From the sequence record NC_028659.1: 64,000 bases of DNA; one strand, written 5' to 3'. This document shows, piece by piece, positions 55,443-64,000 of the stretch. The position numbers and the translations under genes are program-made. Every line of letters begins with the position of its first letter. Within the stretch, counting starts at the first letter, position 1. This stretch comes from Klebsiella phage vB_KpnM_KB57. Below the pieces are notes generated by a model, which saw only the letters and a program-made list of their open reading frames with translations, was not told where the DNA came from and ran no database searches.

Positions 55443-56047
55443 TGGATATTATTGTTCTGAATGCTCCCCCACAGAGCGGTAAAGATGAGATTTCTGCGTA
55501 CCTTTGTAAAGGTAACCCAAACATCAACCACGAAGAGGTAAAGGAACTCCTTTTTGAGGTTGCTATTCGTTCAGCGGGAATTTCCCGTGAGTTGTGGGAT
55601 GCAATGTATACCCGTCGGTATAAAGAGATCCCAAGCCCATACCTGATGATTGATGGTGTGAATGTGTCGCCACGTCAGTGGATGATCCATTGCTCCGAAA
55701 AGGTAATCAAGCCATTGTTCGGCAAGTCAGCATTCGGTAAAGCTGCTGTGGAAAAGTTGAAGCAGACCTATGCAAATGACGAGGTGATTGTATTCTCAGA
55801 TGGTGGCTTTGCTGAGGAAATCAAAGAGTTGTCCGATTATGCATACTCGACTGGTGGTGAATTCTTCCTTGCGCGTATCCACCGAAAAGGTTATGATTGG
55901 GGGAATGACAGTCGTAACTGGTTATACCTTGACGGCATCCGAGGTCATGAACGTGACTTCGATAACAAAGAGGGCGGTATGAACGACTGTGCAGAAGAGA
56001 TCCTTGAGTGGGCAAGAACAATTAGCTATGGAGAAGACGATGCGTAA
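55442..56047 (+). CDS. deoxynucleoside monophosphate kinase (T4 gp1-like)
   Basis: P-loop LNAPPQSGKDEISAYL similar to T4 dNMP kinase (SGVKRSGKDTTA); 201 aa. Confidence 0.45.
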   Translation: MDIIVLNAPPQSGKDEISAYLCKGNPNINHEEVKELLFEVAIRSAGISRELWDAMYTRRYKEIPSPYLMIDGVNVSPRQWMIHCSEKVIKPLFGKSAFGKAAVEKLKQTYANDEVIVFSDGGFAEEIKELSDYAYSTGGEFFLARIHRKGYDWGNDSRNWLYLDGIRGHERDFDNKEGGMNDCAEEILEWARTISYGEDDA

Positions 56048-56642
56048 ACCGATGAATATAGGTATTGATGTCGACCTAACTTTTGTAGATTCTGGTACTC
56101 CTTGGCTTCATTGGTTGGAACTGATGTATGGCGTTAAGGCCGACTGTAGTTTGCCACCCCCGAACCCACAGGGGAAGACTTACTATAATCTTTCTAAATA
56201 TTTTCCACCCGCGAAGGTGAATCAATTACCTCCGTATGAGTTCTGGGAAGACCCTTATTTGTACGATAGGCTGAAACCACGCCCTGGCGCTGTTGAAGCA
56301 GTGGCCGCATTTGCTGAAGCTGGCCACTTCAACCAATTTGTATCATACTGCAAAAAGGGACACTTCTCGTCTAAGGTACGCTTCTTGAAACGTGAGACAG
56401 AAGAGTTCTTCAGCCTTGAGCCGGGTTCTGGTCATGGTTTTTATGCGACGAAGAACAAAGCCGGTCTTAAGCTTGAAGTCATTATTGATGATCGCAATGA
56501 ATTCCTGAATCAGTTCGGAGATGACGTACTTAAGATTAAGTTCTGGACGCCGTATGACCAATCTGAGGAGTTGAAAGTCTCGATTGACCTTGAGACATCC
56601 GACTGGAGTCATATTCAGGACTTTATTCTGGACCTCTCCTGA
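56040..56642 (+). CDS. HAD-family 5'(3')-deoxyribonucleotidase
   Basis: HAD motif I IGIDVDLTF (DxDxT) near the N-terminus; IIDDR motif. Confidence 0.45.
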   Translation: MRKPMNIGIDVDLTFVDSGTPWLHWLELMYGVKADCSLPPPNPQGKTYYNLSKYFPPAKVNQLPPYEFWEDPYLYDRLKPRPGAVEAVAAFAEAGHFNQFVSYCKKGHFSSKVRFLKRETEEFFSLEPGSGHGFYATKNKAGLKLEVIIDDRNEFLNQFGDDVLKIKFWTPYDQSEELKVSIDLETSDWSHIQDFILDLS

Positions 56643-56842
56643 TGAAAAGGAATAGATGCGAGGGCGGTGATTTCATCGTCCGTCAGGGTAAGTGGTACGA
56701 AGTGTTCGATGAGAAGGATAATTTCGTGTACTCATTCAAAGCGACAAGCGACATGTGTAAGAATGTGCTTAACCGCTACTTGGTGTTCAAGGCAGACCTT
56801 GATCCAAATGTTAACTACAAAATTAAGAGGGTTGGAAAATGA
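56642..56842 (+). CDS. hypothetical protein
   Basis: 66 aa. Confidence 0.25.
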   Translation: MKRNRCEGGDFIVRQGKWYEVFDEKDNFVYSFKATSDMCKNVLNRYLVFKADLDPNVNYKIKRVGK

Positions 56843-57156
56843 CAAAGGATGAAATGGCGGAACACATCCGTACACAAGCAACGGCTCGTGTGAATCGTGT
56901 TATTGAAGGGATGTTCCCAGGTACAGGACTGACTGCGGATATCATGGGAATTGATGCAGATTTTAATAAAGGTCTTTTTGATGACGTCTATCTGAACTTA
57001 TTCTCTCTCAGCGAACTGGAAGAGATTATTACCCCCCAGATCAAATACAAAGGCCGTCTTGCTGAACTTGACCTGCTAGTTGAAACTGCCGTCGCCGCCC
57101 GTATGGCTGAAAACCAAGACAAGATTATTGAGAAATTAGGAGCAATGAGTGAGTAA
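56839..57156 (+). CDS. hypothetical protein
   Basis: 105 aa. Confidence 0.25.
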   Translation: MTKDEMAEHIRTQATARVNRVIEGMFPGTGLTADIMGIDADFNKGLFDDVYLNLFSLSELEEIITPQIKYKGRLAELDLLVETAVAARMAENQDKIIEKLGAMSE

Positions 57157-58168
57157 TTTGATTTCCGTAAAAATTGTAGCTGACAGCATTTCACCTTCTG
57201 GTTCTCGGATCACAACTTTCGAGCTTGAATATCCACGAATTATTCACAGTGAGTTGATGACTCACCGACTGTTAAGTAGGAATGCGATGAGCAGTCGTGC
57301 TATTCCGATCAATAAGATGATCGACCAAGTACGTAATGACCCCGCAATGCCAGTTAAGTTCGGAAAGAATCAGCCGGGTATGCAGGATGCTGGTGAACAT
57401 GGGGCCTATGTAATGTACGAATGGGATGGCCTCACTTATGTGAATACCGCAGAAATGGCGTGGCGAGCTGCTGGACAATCTGCCTGTATCTTTGCTGAGG
57501 CTTTCTCAAATGCGGGTTACCACAAACAGATTGCAAACCGCCTCCTAGAACCATACCAAAGGATGAAGACAGTTGTCACCGCTACAGACTGGAATAACTT
57601 CTTCTGGTTGCGTGTTGATAAGGATGCTGATCCTACGATCTATGAACTAGCTAAGGCAATGAAAGAGGCTAGCGATAACTCTATCCCAGACCCTCTTGAA
57701 CCGGGACAGTGGCATACACCATACGTTGACCACGTTTATGGCTTTGAAGATATCGACGACAAAGAGTGTGCAGTATTTGAAGGCTATTGCGTTCTTGACG
57801 AAGAGAACAAGCCTGTAATGCTGACCCTAGAAGAGGCTTTGGCTGTTTCCGCATCTTGTTGTGCTCAGGTGTCTTATCGTGTTCTGAATACGAGCAAAGA
57901 AAAGGCTCTGGATATCTATGAGAAGTTGGTGAGTGGTAACAAGGTTCATGCCTCTCCATTCGAACATCAGGCTACACCTATGGCAGAATACAGGGAAATT
58001 GAGAACTCTGATTATTTAACTATCGGGCATATTAACTTTCCCCGTGATCCAAGCTCTTGGGAAGAAGGTATCACACACGCAGATCGTCAAGGGCAACTCT
58101 GGTCCGGTAACCTGCGTGGGTGGCGACAACATCGCCAGTTAGTGCCTGACAATGCAATTTCAGGTTGA
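57149..58168 (+). CDS. thyX: flavin-dependent thymidylate synthase ThyX
   Basis: ThyX motif region ELMTHRLLSRNAMSSRAIP (RHRx7S-like); GTG start overlapping the upstream stop. Confidence 0.55.
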   Translation: MSNLISVKIVADSISPSGSRITTFELEYPRIIHSELMTHRLLSRNAMSSRAIPINKMIDQVRNDPAMPVKFGKNQPGMQDAGEHGAYVMYEWDGLTYVNTAEMAWRAAGQSACIFAEAFSNAGYHKQIANRLLEPYQRMKTVVTATDWNNFFWLRVDKDADPTIYELAKAMKEASDNSIPDPLEPGQWHTPYVDHVYGFEDIDDKECAVFEGYCVLDEENKPVMLTLEEALAVSASCCAQVSYRVLNTSKEKALDIYEKLVSGNKVHASPFEHQATPMAEYREIENSDYLTIGHINFPRDPSSWEEGITHADRQGQLWSGNLRGWRQHRQLVPDNAISG

Positions 58169-58248
58169 CAAAGATATAGTTAATTCGTATCTTAGAAGCA
58201 TATTAATTAGGGGCGATTTTGCCCCTTGTCAGGCAGAATGGAGATTAC

Positions 58249-58728
58249 ATGAGTAAAGAAAAACGCAAGCCACCCCAACACATTTCGGTCACCATTGACT
58301 TCCTGAGAACGGTCCCAGGGTTTGATGTCCAGAAAGATAATGACCTCCGCGCTGCCTTATACGCACTCGGTTTTCAGGTTACCGATAAAGATGGGAATCC
58401 TAAACACGTAACTGTGTTCCAAAACAAAAATGTAAGATGTGCCAACATGCCATCGACGTATCGTAAGACAATGATTTTTGTAGGAGAAATGCGACCTGAT
58501 TATAAATACGCGAAGATATACAACGGTGTTGAAATCCTTGATGTAGGGGTTTATTCAGGCAGTGATATGGAATTTGTTTTAGATCTTCCTTACGACATCC
58601 CTGTAATTGAAAAAGTTAACACCCGCAAGTATACCAAGCGAGGTGATCGACCAGAGACATTTGAAATCACTTTCGATATTGAAGACGAAGCTCGTCTGGG
58701 CGATGTATTTGGCCTGGAGGACGAATGA
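58249..58728 (+). CDS. hypothetical protein
   Basis: GGAG SD then ATG; 159 aa. Confidence 0.3.
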   Translation: MSKEKRKPPQHISVTIDFLRTVPGFDVQKDNDLRAALYALGFQVTDKDGNPKHVTVFQNKNVRCANMPSTYRKTMIFVGEMRPDYKYAKIYNGVEILDVGVYSGSDMEFVLDLPYDIPVIEKVNTRKYTKRGDRPETFEITFDIEDEARLGDVFGLEDE

Positions 58729-58955
58729 GTAAAGAAAAAACGAAATGGAAAGACCGTGGCTTCGATGATAAGCATCATTATGCCGGGTGGCTCTACTTCA
58801 ACGATTTAACCGATGACAGTAAAATGTACGACGATGTTTACTATGATGAGTTTTCTGGTAAAATAGTTAACATCGTTGCGCCAGATCAAAACGAGAAAGA
58901 CGATCAGGATGTTGACGAGGCAGATAAGTTTTTGTCTCAATTTGAAGAAGAATAA
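58725..58955 (+). CDS. small acidic hypothetical protein
   Basis: 76 aa. Confidence 0.25.
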   Translation: MSKEKTKWKDRGFDDKHHYAGWLYFNDLTDDSKMYDDVYYDEFSGKIVNIVAPDQNEKDDQDVDEADKFLSQFEEE

Positions 58956-58964
58956 GGGGAAAGT

Positions 58965-61274
58965 TTGATCAATACAGTTGTGAAGAGTGATGGCAGTGTG
59001 GTTCCATTTGAACCAGAACGTCTAAACAAGGCCGCTATCTTTGGTGATGACGGTAATGGTAACTGGTCGTATATCTCAATGGATGCATATAAGCGACTGT
59101 ATGACGGCTGCACCACTCGTGAAGTTAACCAGGCATTGATCGACGCCTGTGTGAGTCGTAAAGACGAAGCCCATTCACGGATGGCTGGGCGCGTCCTGAT
59201 TGGACAAATCTACAAGGAAGCTTTTGGCGGATTTAAGAAAATCCCAAGCCTTACCGAGTTTTACCAGGACATGGTGATGCGTGGGTACTGGGAAGAAATG
59301 GGCTATACTGGACCTGAGCTGTTAAACTTTGACCAAGTCATTGACCACAGTAAGGACCTGAGTTATGGGTATGCGGTTCTGAAACAGTTCCGGGATAAGT
59401 ATGGCATCAAAGATAACATCAATGATATCCTGTTCGAATCCCCACAGATGATGTTCATGGGTATTGCTATGGCTGTTATGAAGAATATGCCATTATCCCG
59501 TAGGAAGAATGACGTCATCAGACTGTATACGTATCTCTCTGATCTTAAGATCAATGCACCAACGCCGTACCTGAATGGGTTGCGTACTGGTAAAACTGGA
59601 TATGCATCCTGTTGCATTATCAAAGCAGACGATACAGCTAAAAGTATTGGTGTTGCTCGTGAGGTGGCATACACTATGACGGTAGCACAAGCGGGGATTG
59701 GATATTATCTGTCTTCTCGTTCTATCGGCGATGGTGTTCGTGACAATACGATCAAGCATATGGGTAAACTCCCTTATTACCGTGGAATTGATGTCGGTGT
59801 TAAGGAAAATCGCCAACAATCCCGTGGTGGTTCTGCAACGGTATCTTTCCTTGCGCTAGACCCGCAAGTTGAAGAACTGATGCGCCTTCGTAACCCGATG
59901 ACGGTTACCTCAAAGCGTATAAATACGATGGACTATTCGATCGGTGTCAACCACTCGTTCATGAATCGAGTGGCTAAGAATCTGGACTGGATGTTGGTGT
60001 CGTATAAGGATGCCCCTCAGCTGCATGAGGGTATGTTCCGAATGACAATGCAGGAGTTTGATGCTGAGGTTGCCCGTGTAGCAGCAGATACGAAGATTCC
60101 AAAAACTTGGGTGAAGGCGCGTGATCTGGCAATGGAGCTGATCACTCAACGTGCAGAAACTGGTCGTCTTTATGTTTACTGGCCTGACGAAATGAACCGT
60201 CATACGCCATTTCTTGAGACAATCTATTCATCTAACCTGTGTCAAGAAATCTGTCTACCAACAAAAGGGTATACAGATATGCGGAACATTTTCAACCCGA
60301 CTGTCGATGATGGTGAAGTTGCATTGTGCTTTATCGCCTCTCTTGTTGCTGGTCGTATTTCCGAAGAAGAGTACGAGGATGTTGCTTACTACACCGTCCT
60401 GATGATCGACAACGTTATGGATATCATGGATTATCCATATGAGAACATGAAGTACACAGCCGAATCTCGTCGTTCGATTGGTGTTGGCCTGACCAACCTT
60501 GCACACTACATCGCGAAACACAAAGTCGCGTATGGTTCTCCTGAGAGCAAACAGTTGGTTCACGATCTGGCAGAACTGCATAGCTTCAGCCTGCATAAGG
60601 CAAGTCTGCGACTGGCTAAAGAGCGTGGTGTTGCTCCGTGGATGAATAAGACTAAGTACCGCAGTTGGTTGCCTATCGATACCTATAATAAGGCAGTTGA
60701 TAGTGTTGTGAAGAATCCGAGCCTGAAGCAGGACTGGGAAACTTTGCGCCAGGAAATCATCGAAAATGGTGGTATCCGTAACAGTGTTCTGGAAGCTTAT
60801 ATGCCGAACGAAAGTTCATCATTGGCTACCAACACAACAAATGGCCTGTATCCGGTACGTGACCATGTGATCTTCAAGAAATCTCCTCAAGGCTCTGTGC
60901 TGTTTATCGTGCCCGAGTATGAAGAGCTGAAGGAATATTACACGTCGGCTTGGGATATCGATACGAATGACTTGATTGATATCTATGCAATCATTCAGAA
61001 GTTCGCAGGGCAAGCAATTAGTGCGGATCTTTACATCGACTATACCCAGTTACCTGATGGTAAGATTTCCATGAAACAACAACTGGGATATCTGATCCGC
61101 GCCACGAAGATGGGGATGAAGACATGGTATTACCTGAACTCCAAGGTTGGGGCGGGAGACTCCCTCACTGAGGAACTTCATGCTAAAGCAAAAGCTGAGG
61201 AAGAGACAAGGGCTGTTGCACCACTTATCGCCGGGGATACTGAAGATCCTTATTGCGAAAGTTGTTCTTTATAA
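58965..61274 (+). CDS. nrdA: ribonucleoside-diphosphate reductase alpha subunit (class Ia)
   Basis: 769 aa; ATP-cone N-terminus; active-site NLCQEICLPT; C-terminal CESC; TTG start after AAGGGGAAAG. Confidence 0.8.
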   Translation: MINTVVKSDGSVVPFEPERLNKAAIFGDDGNGNWSYISMDAYKRLYDGCTTREVNQALIDACVSRKDEAHSRMAGRVLIGQIYKEAFGGFKKIPSLTEFYQDMVMRGYWEEMGYTGPELLNFDQVIDHSKDLSYGYAVLKQFRDKYGIKDNINDILFESPQMMFMGIAMAVMKNMPLSRRKNDVIRLYTYLSDLKINAPTPYLNGLRTGKTGYASCCIIKADDTAKSIGVAREVAYTMTVAQAGIGYYLSSRSIGDGVRDNTIKHMGKLPYYRGIDVGVKENRQQSRGGSATVSFLALDPQVEELMRLRNPMTVTSKRINTMDYSIGVNHSFMNRVAKNLDWMLVSYKDAPQLHEGMFRMTMQEFDAEVARVAADTKIPKTWVKARDLAMELITQRAETGRLYVYWPDEMNRHTPFLETIYSSNLCQEICLPTKGYTDMRNIFNPTVDDGEVALCFIASLVAGRISEEEYEDVAYYTVLMIDNVMDIMDYPYENMKYTAESRRSIGVGLTNLAHYIAKHKVAYGSPESKQLVHDLAELHSFSLHKASLRLAKERGVAPWMNKTKYRSWLPIDTYNKAVDSVVKNPSLKQDWETLRQEIIENGGIRNSVLEAYMPNESSSLATNTTNGLYPVRDHVIFKKSPQGSVLFIVPEYEELKEYYTSAWDIDTNDLIDIYAIIQKFAGQAISADLYIDYTQLPDGKISMKQQLGYLIRATKMGMKTWYYLNSKVGAGDSLTEELHAKAKAEEETRAVAPLIAGDTEDPYCESCSL

Positions 61275-61280
61275 GTTGTA

Positions 61281-61303
61281 GGGGCTTCGGCCCCGTTTTT
61301 GAG
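61281..61303 (+). terminator. intrinsic terminator/attenuator between nrdA and nrdB
   Basis: GGGGC-UUCG-GCCCC hairpin followed by GUUUUU. Confidence 0.45.
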
Positions 61304-61311
61304 GAGAGAAA

Positions 61312-62400
61312 ATGGCAGTTTTTAACGTAGAAAACACCGCACATAAGACCGGGGACTACCCACTGTTCCTTGGTCAACAGATGGGGATGTATGACTCCAT
61401 CAATAAAAAGTATCCGCAACTGTTTGACCTGTATAAAAAGCAGAAAGAACAGGACTGGTCAGAAGATGAAGTTGAACTGAGCCAGTCTATCACTGACTTT
61501 GCTACTTGCAGCAAATCGACTTACGACGTCATGGTGCAGACCCTGATGTGGCAATGGGAAGCTGATAGTGTTGCAGCACAGTCTATCATCTGTCTGTTTG
61601 CACCGTTCATCACGAATAGTGAACTGTTCGCCATGATGATGAAGCAATCAGAGATTGAAGTCCTACATGCTCTGACGTATTCTGATATTGTTCGTCAATG
61701 TCTGCCTAATTCTCGCCAGATCATTGAAGATATTCAGAACAACCAGGCAGTCCTTGAACGCTCTGGCGTCATTGTCAAATTCATGCGTGAATTAGAGATC
61801 CTCGGTGCTCGATACCGTATTGACCCGGACTCTGTTGACAAAGAGGAAATCCGTCGAGGAATCCTGAGAGCGATGTTCTCCCTGTTGGGGCTGGAAGGTA
61901 TTGAATTCATCTCTAGCTTTGCCTGTACGTTCGCTCTTGCAGAACAGGGTGTTTTTGTCCAGGTGGGGCAGCTGGTGCAGAAAATTATGTTGGATGAGAT
62001 GCTGCATACCAAGATGGATTTCGGAGTTATCGATATCCTTCTGAAAGACCCGGTATGGAAGGCCAGTTTTATCGCAATCAAGCACGAGCTGAAAGCAATT
62101 CTGGATGAAGTTCGTACCAATGAATATGGTTGGGGCGATTATCTCTTCAGTGAAGGCCGTGCGATCATCGGGTTGAACGCTCCATTGCTGAAAGATTGGA
62201 CTGACTGGAACTGTGCTCCGATCTACGATTACTACGGCATTGAAAAAGATTTCGTAGCACCAAAACGTGATCCTCTCCCGTTCATGGATGTTTGGATGAA
62301 CCCTTCCAAGCAACAGAATGCGAATCAGGAACAAACAAACACTGATTATCGTCTTAATGCGACAGTCAATGACGCTGAAGATGAAGTCTGGGATTTTTAA
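61312..62400 (+). CDS. nrdB: ribonucleoside-diphosphate reductase beta subunit
   Basis: 362 aa; di-iron ligand pattern (E...H and MLDEMLH helix); immediately downstream of nrdA. Confidence 0.75.
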   Translation: MAVFNVENTAHKTGDYPLFLGQQMGMYDSINKKYPQLFDLYKKQKEQDWSEDEVELSQSITDFATCSKSTYDVMVQTLMWQWEADSVAAQSIICLFAPFITNSELFAMMMKQSEIEVLHALTYSDIVRQCLPNSRQIIEDIQNNQAVLERSGVIVKFMRELEILGARYRIDPDSVDKEEIRRGILRAMFSLLGLEGIEFISSFACTFALAEQGVFVQVGQLVQKIMLDEMLHTKMDFGVIDILLKDPVWKASFIAIKHELKAILDEVRTNEYGWGDYLFSEGRAIIGLNAPLLKDWTDWNCAPIYDYYGIEKDFVAPKRDPLPFMDVWMNPSKQQNANQEQTNTDYRLNATVNDAEDEVWDF

Positions 62401-62409
62401 GGAGTAATA

Positions 62410-62757
62410 ATGGATAGCGCCAATTTTGAATCTGTAGTATACGACCCGTCCAAGCTGGTAGTTACTTTTGGAGGCGAGCGTGTGGTAGGCTTCTCAAGTG
62501 ATATGAAAATTTCCATTTCCCGTCGATTGCACGGAGTAGCTAAGGCTAAAATCTATTTACAGGCTACCAGCCCTTGGGTATTAAAGCTTAAACAGGCGCT
62601 AGGCCATCCTGCAAGGGTTGAGGCAGCGTATCCCGTTTTTGGCAGTCTATCAGAGTCCATGCGTTTCGTTGGGGACTTGGTAGTTAAAGGGTATGATGTT
62701 GACTACACATCAGAAATCCCAGTATTCACATTCCTTCTTGAATCGGAGAAACAATGA
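62410..62757 (+). CDS. hypothetical protein
   Basis: 115 aa. Confidence 0.3.
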   Translation: MDSANFESVVYDPSKLVVTFGGERVVGFSSDMKISISRRLHGVAKAKIYLQATSPWVLKLKQALGHPARVEAAYPVFGSLSESMRFVGDLVVKGYDVDYTSEIPVFTFLLESEKQ

Positions 62758-63026
62758 ATCTGAAGAATTCAACCTTCACCATTTATGGTAAGGATAACTG
62801 CTTACACTGCGTCCGTGCGAAGGAGTTTGCCATTGCAAATGGGATCGAGTATATCTATCTGACACTCGGGAAGAATTACACCAAGGAAGAGCTGGTGGAG
62901 CAGTGCGCCCCGGTTATCCCTCGCACCGTCCCGCAGATTTTCCGTGAGACGGACTCCTCAACGGAGTACATTGGTGGCGCGGATGACTTCATTGCTTTTG
63001 TGCAAAAACATATGAAATCCTGTTGA
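62754..63026 (+). CDS. glutaredoxin (NrdH/Grx-like)
   Basis: FTIYGKDNCLHCVRAKEF with CxxC active site; 90 aa. Confidence 0.6.
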   Translation: MNLKNSTFTIYGKDNCLHCVRAKEFAIANGIEYIYLTLGKNYTKEELVEQCAPVIPRTVPQIFRETDSSTEYIGGADDFIAFVQKHMKSC

Positions 63027-63051
63027 CATAGCAACCTTCTGTCTGTATGAT
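63023..63051 (+). promoter_or_regulatory. sigma70-like promoter overlapping glutaredoxin stop
   Basis: TTGACA - 17 nt - TATGAT; the glutaredoxin TGA is part of the -35 hexamer. Confidence 0.45.
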
Positions 63052-63106
63052 TTATGTAATCCTGCCGAGAAATCTGTCCGGCGGGAAATTTAGAGGAGAA
63101 TTCGAA

Positions 63107-63247
63107 TGAGTAAAAAAGCACTGCGTAAGGCATATACCAAGGAACTGGCTCTGGAACTGCGTGGCAAAAAGCCGAAGAATAAACGCTCTTCTGATGAAGA
63201 ACTTCAGCAACTTGCAGCAGACGCTGCCGCTCGCGGGGGTTACTAAT
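63107..63247 (+). CDS. small basic protein (46 aa)
   Basis: GAGGAGAATTCGA SD; MSKKALRKAYTKELALELRGKKPKNKRSSDEELQQLAADAAARGGY. Confidence 0.3.
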
Positions 63248-63626
63248 GTCAAAAAAGGCCGAAGTTGTAACCACTGACTTACGACCTTCTCTGGCAAAGG
63301 AGTTTGTTTCTCTGGTGTGGGACCGACTGATCGGGGATTTTGCTACTGGATTGCAGGTGCAGGTTGAAAGTCTCCAGAACATGGTGAAGGGAGAGAAAGA
63401 CGTATATTTTGCCAAGGAAATAAAGGAGAAAAAAGAACGCCTTCGTAAAACTCTCTCTACAGGGGTTCAACAGAAAGTGTTTGATAAATTGGTCTGCCAG
63501 TTGGCAGAGGCTTTGACAGAAGAAGAGCTGAGATACGCGATCTTCCAAGAGAAGATTACGATCAAGATTCATGGGGTAGCCTCCCAGCTCGAAGCGGCTT
63601 TTGAAGAGGCAGTGGGAGAGGCCTAA
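63246..63626 (+). CDS. hypothetical protein
   Basis: 126 aa, no TM segment; precedes the endolysin. Confidence 0.3.
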   Translation: MSKKAEVVTTDLRPSLAKEFVSLVWDRLIGDFATGLQVQVESLQNMVKGEKDVYFAKEIKEKKERLRKTLSTGVQQKVFDKLVCQLAEALTEEELRYAIFQEKITIKIHGVASQLEAAFEEAVGEA

Positions 63627-63644
63627 CCTGAAAAAGGAGGTCTT

Positions 63645-64000
63645 TTGAAACTTACGCTGGAACAACTCAACAAAATATTTCCGAATGGCGCGAAGGCTGG
63701 CAGAAATGCCAAGTTTATTGGTCCTTTGAATGATTTGTTTGAGAAGGGTGGTATTAATACTGTCAACCGCATTGCCGGATTCCTTTCCCAAATCGGTGTG
63801 GAGTCCGCAGAGTTCCTGTATACCAGAGAGCTTGGAAACAATGCCTACTTTAATAAGTATGATACCGGACCAATTGCAAAGCGACTTGGCAATACACCAG
63901 AAAAGGATGGTGACGGAGCTAAGTACAAGGGACGTGGTCTGATCCAAGTCACCGGGCTTGCAAACTACAAAGCTTGTGGTAAAGCCTTAGGGTTGGATCT
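63645..64000 (+). CDS. endolysin, glycoside hydrolase family 19 (N-terminal part; continues beyond window)
   Basis: TTG start after AAAAAGGAGG; GH19 signature [16 protein letters not shown] and ...[14 protein letters not shown]. Confidence 0.6.
   Translation, partial: MKLTLEQLNKIFPNGAKAGRNAKFIGPLNDLFEKGGINTVNRIAGFLSQIGVESAEFLYTRELGNNAYFNKYDTGPIAKRLGNTPEKDGDGAKYKGRGLIQVTGLANYKACGKALGLD

Noticed and set aside
1-64000. CRISPR arrays, integrase/attachment sites, transposases
   Set aside because: No direct-repeat/spacer arrays and no recombinase, transposase or repressor-integrase module were seen; gene content is that of a strictly lytic phage.

Overview
The window reads as a Felix O1-like (Ounavirinae-type) virulent myovirus segment of about 39% GC. 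No database search was run, so every product assignment is from motifs read directly in the translations. Layout: from 1 to ~26.3 kb a late/structural operon is encoded on the minus strand (large terminase, portal, protease/scaffold/decoration, major capsid, neck proteins, tail sheath, tail tube, tail chaperone G/GT with a visible -1 frameshift site, tape measure, baseplate, at least five tail-fibre genes). Separate Rz/Rz1 spanins and a large Pol-beta-type nucleotidyltransferase follow at 26.4-28.6 kb. From 28.8 to 35.6 kb there is a very large minus-strand tRNA cluster, about 27-30 genes, several of them structurally aberrant, with small ORFs in between. A minus-strand NAD+ salvage pair (NAMPT plus PRPP synthetase) sits at 37.0-39.5 kb. 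A divergent regulatory region lies at about 39.9-40.2 kb. From 40.2 kb to the end, early/middle genes are on the plus strand: an RNA-repair-like trio (metallophosphoesterase, Rnl2-like ligase, P-loop kinase), Sir2, ATP-dependent DNA ligase, MazG-like protein, ribbon-helix-helix protein plus SPFH lipoprotein, a NADAR-domain protein, HNH and Endo VII nucleases, FEN-like and DnaQ-like exonucleases, RuvC-like resolvase, dNMP kinase, HAD nucleotidase, ThyX, NrdA/NrdB, glutaredoxin, and the 5' part of a GH19 endolysin. The most interesting content is in the accessory parts: a set of NAD/ADP-ribose-related genes (NAMPT+Prs, Sir2, NADAR), an RNA-repair cassette and a CCA-adding-like nucleotidyltransferase flanking an unusual tRNA cluster, and a hand-mapped tail-chaperone frameshift plus an intrinsic terminator immediately upstream of the tape-measure gene. 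The tRNA, promoter and terminator coordinates were mapped by hand; comparison with the ORF track shows they can be off by 1-2 nt.
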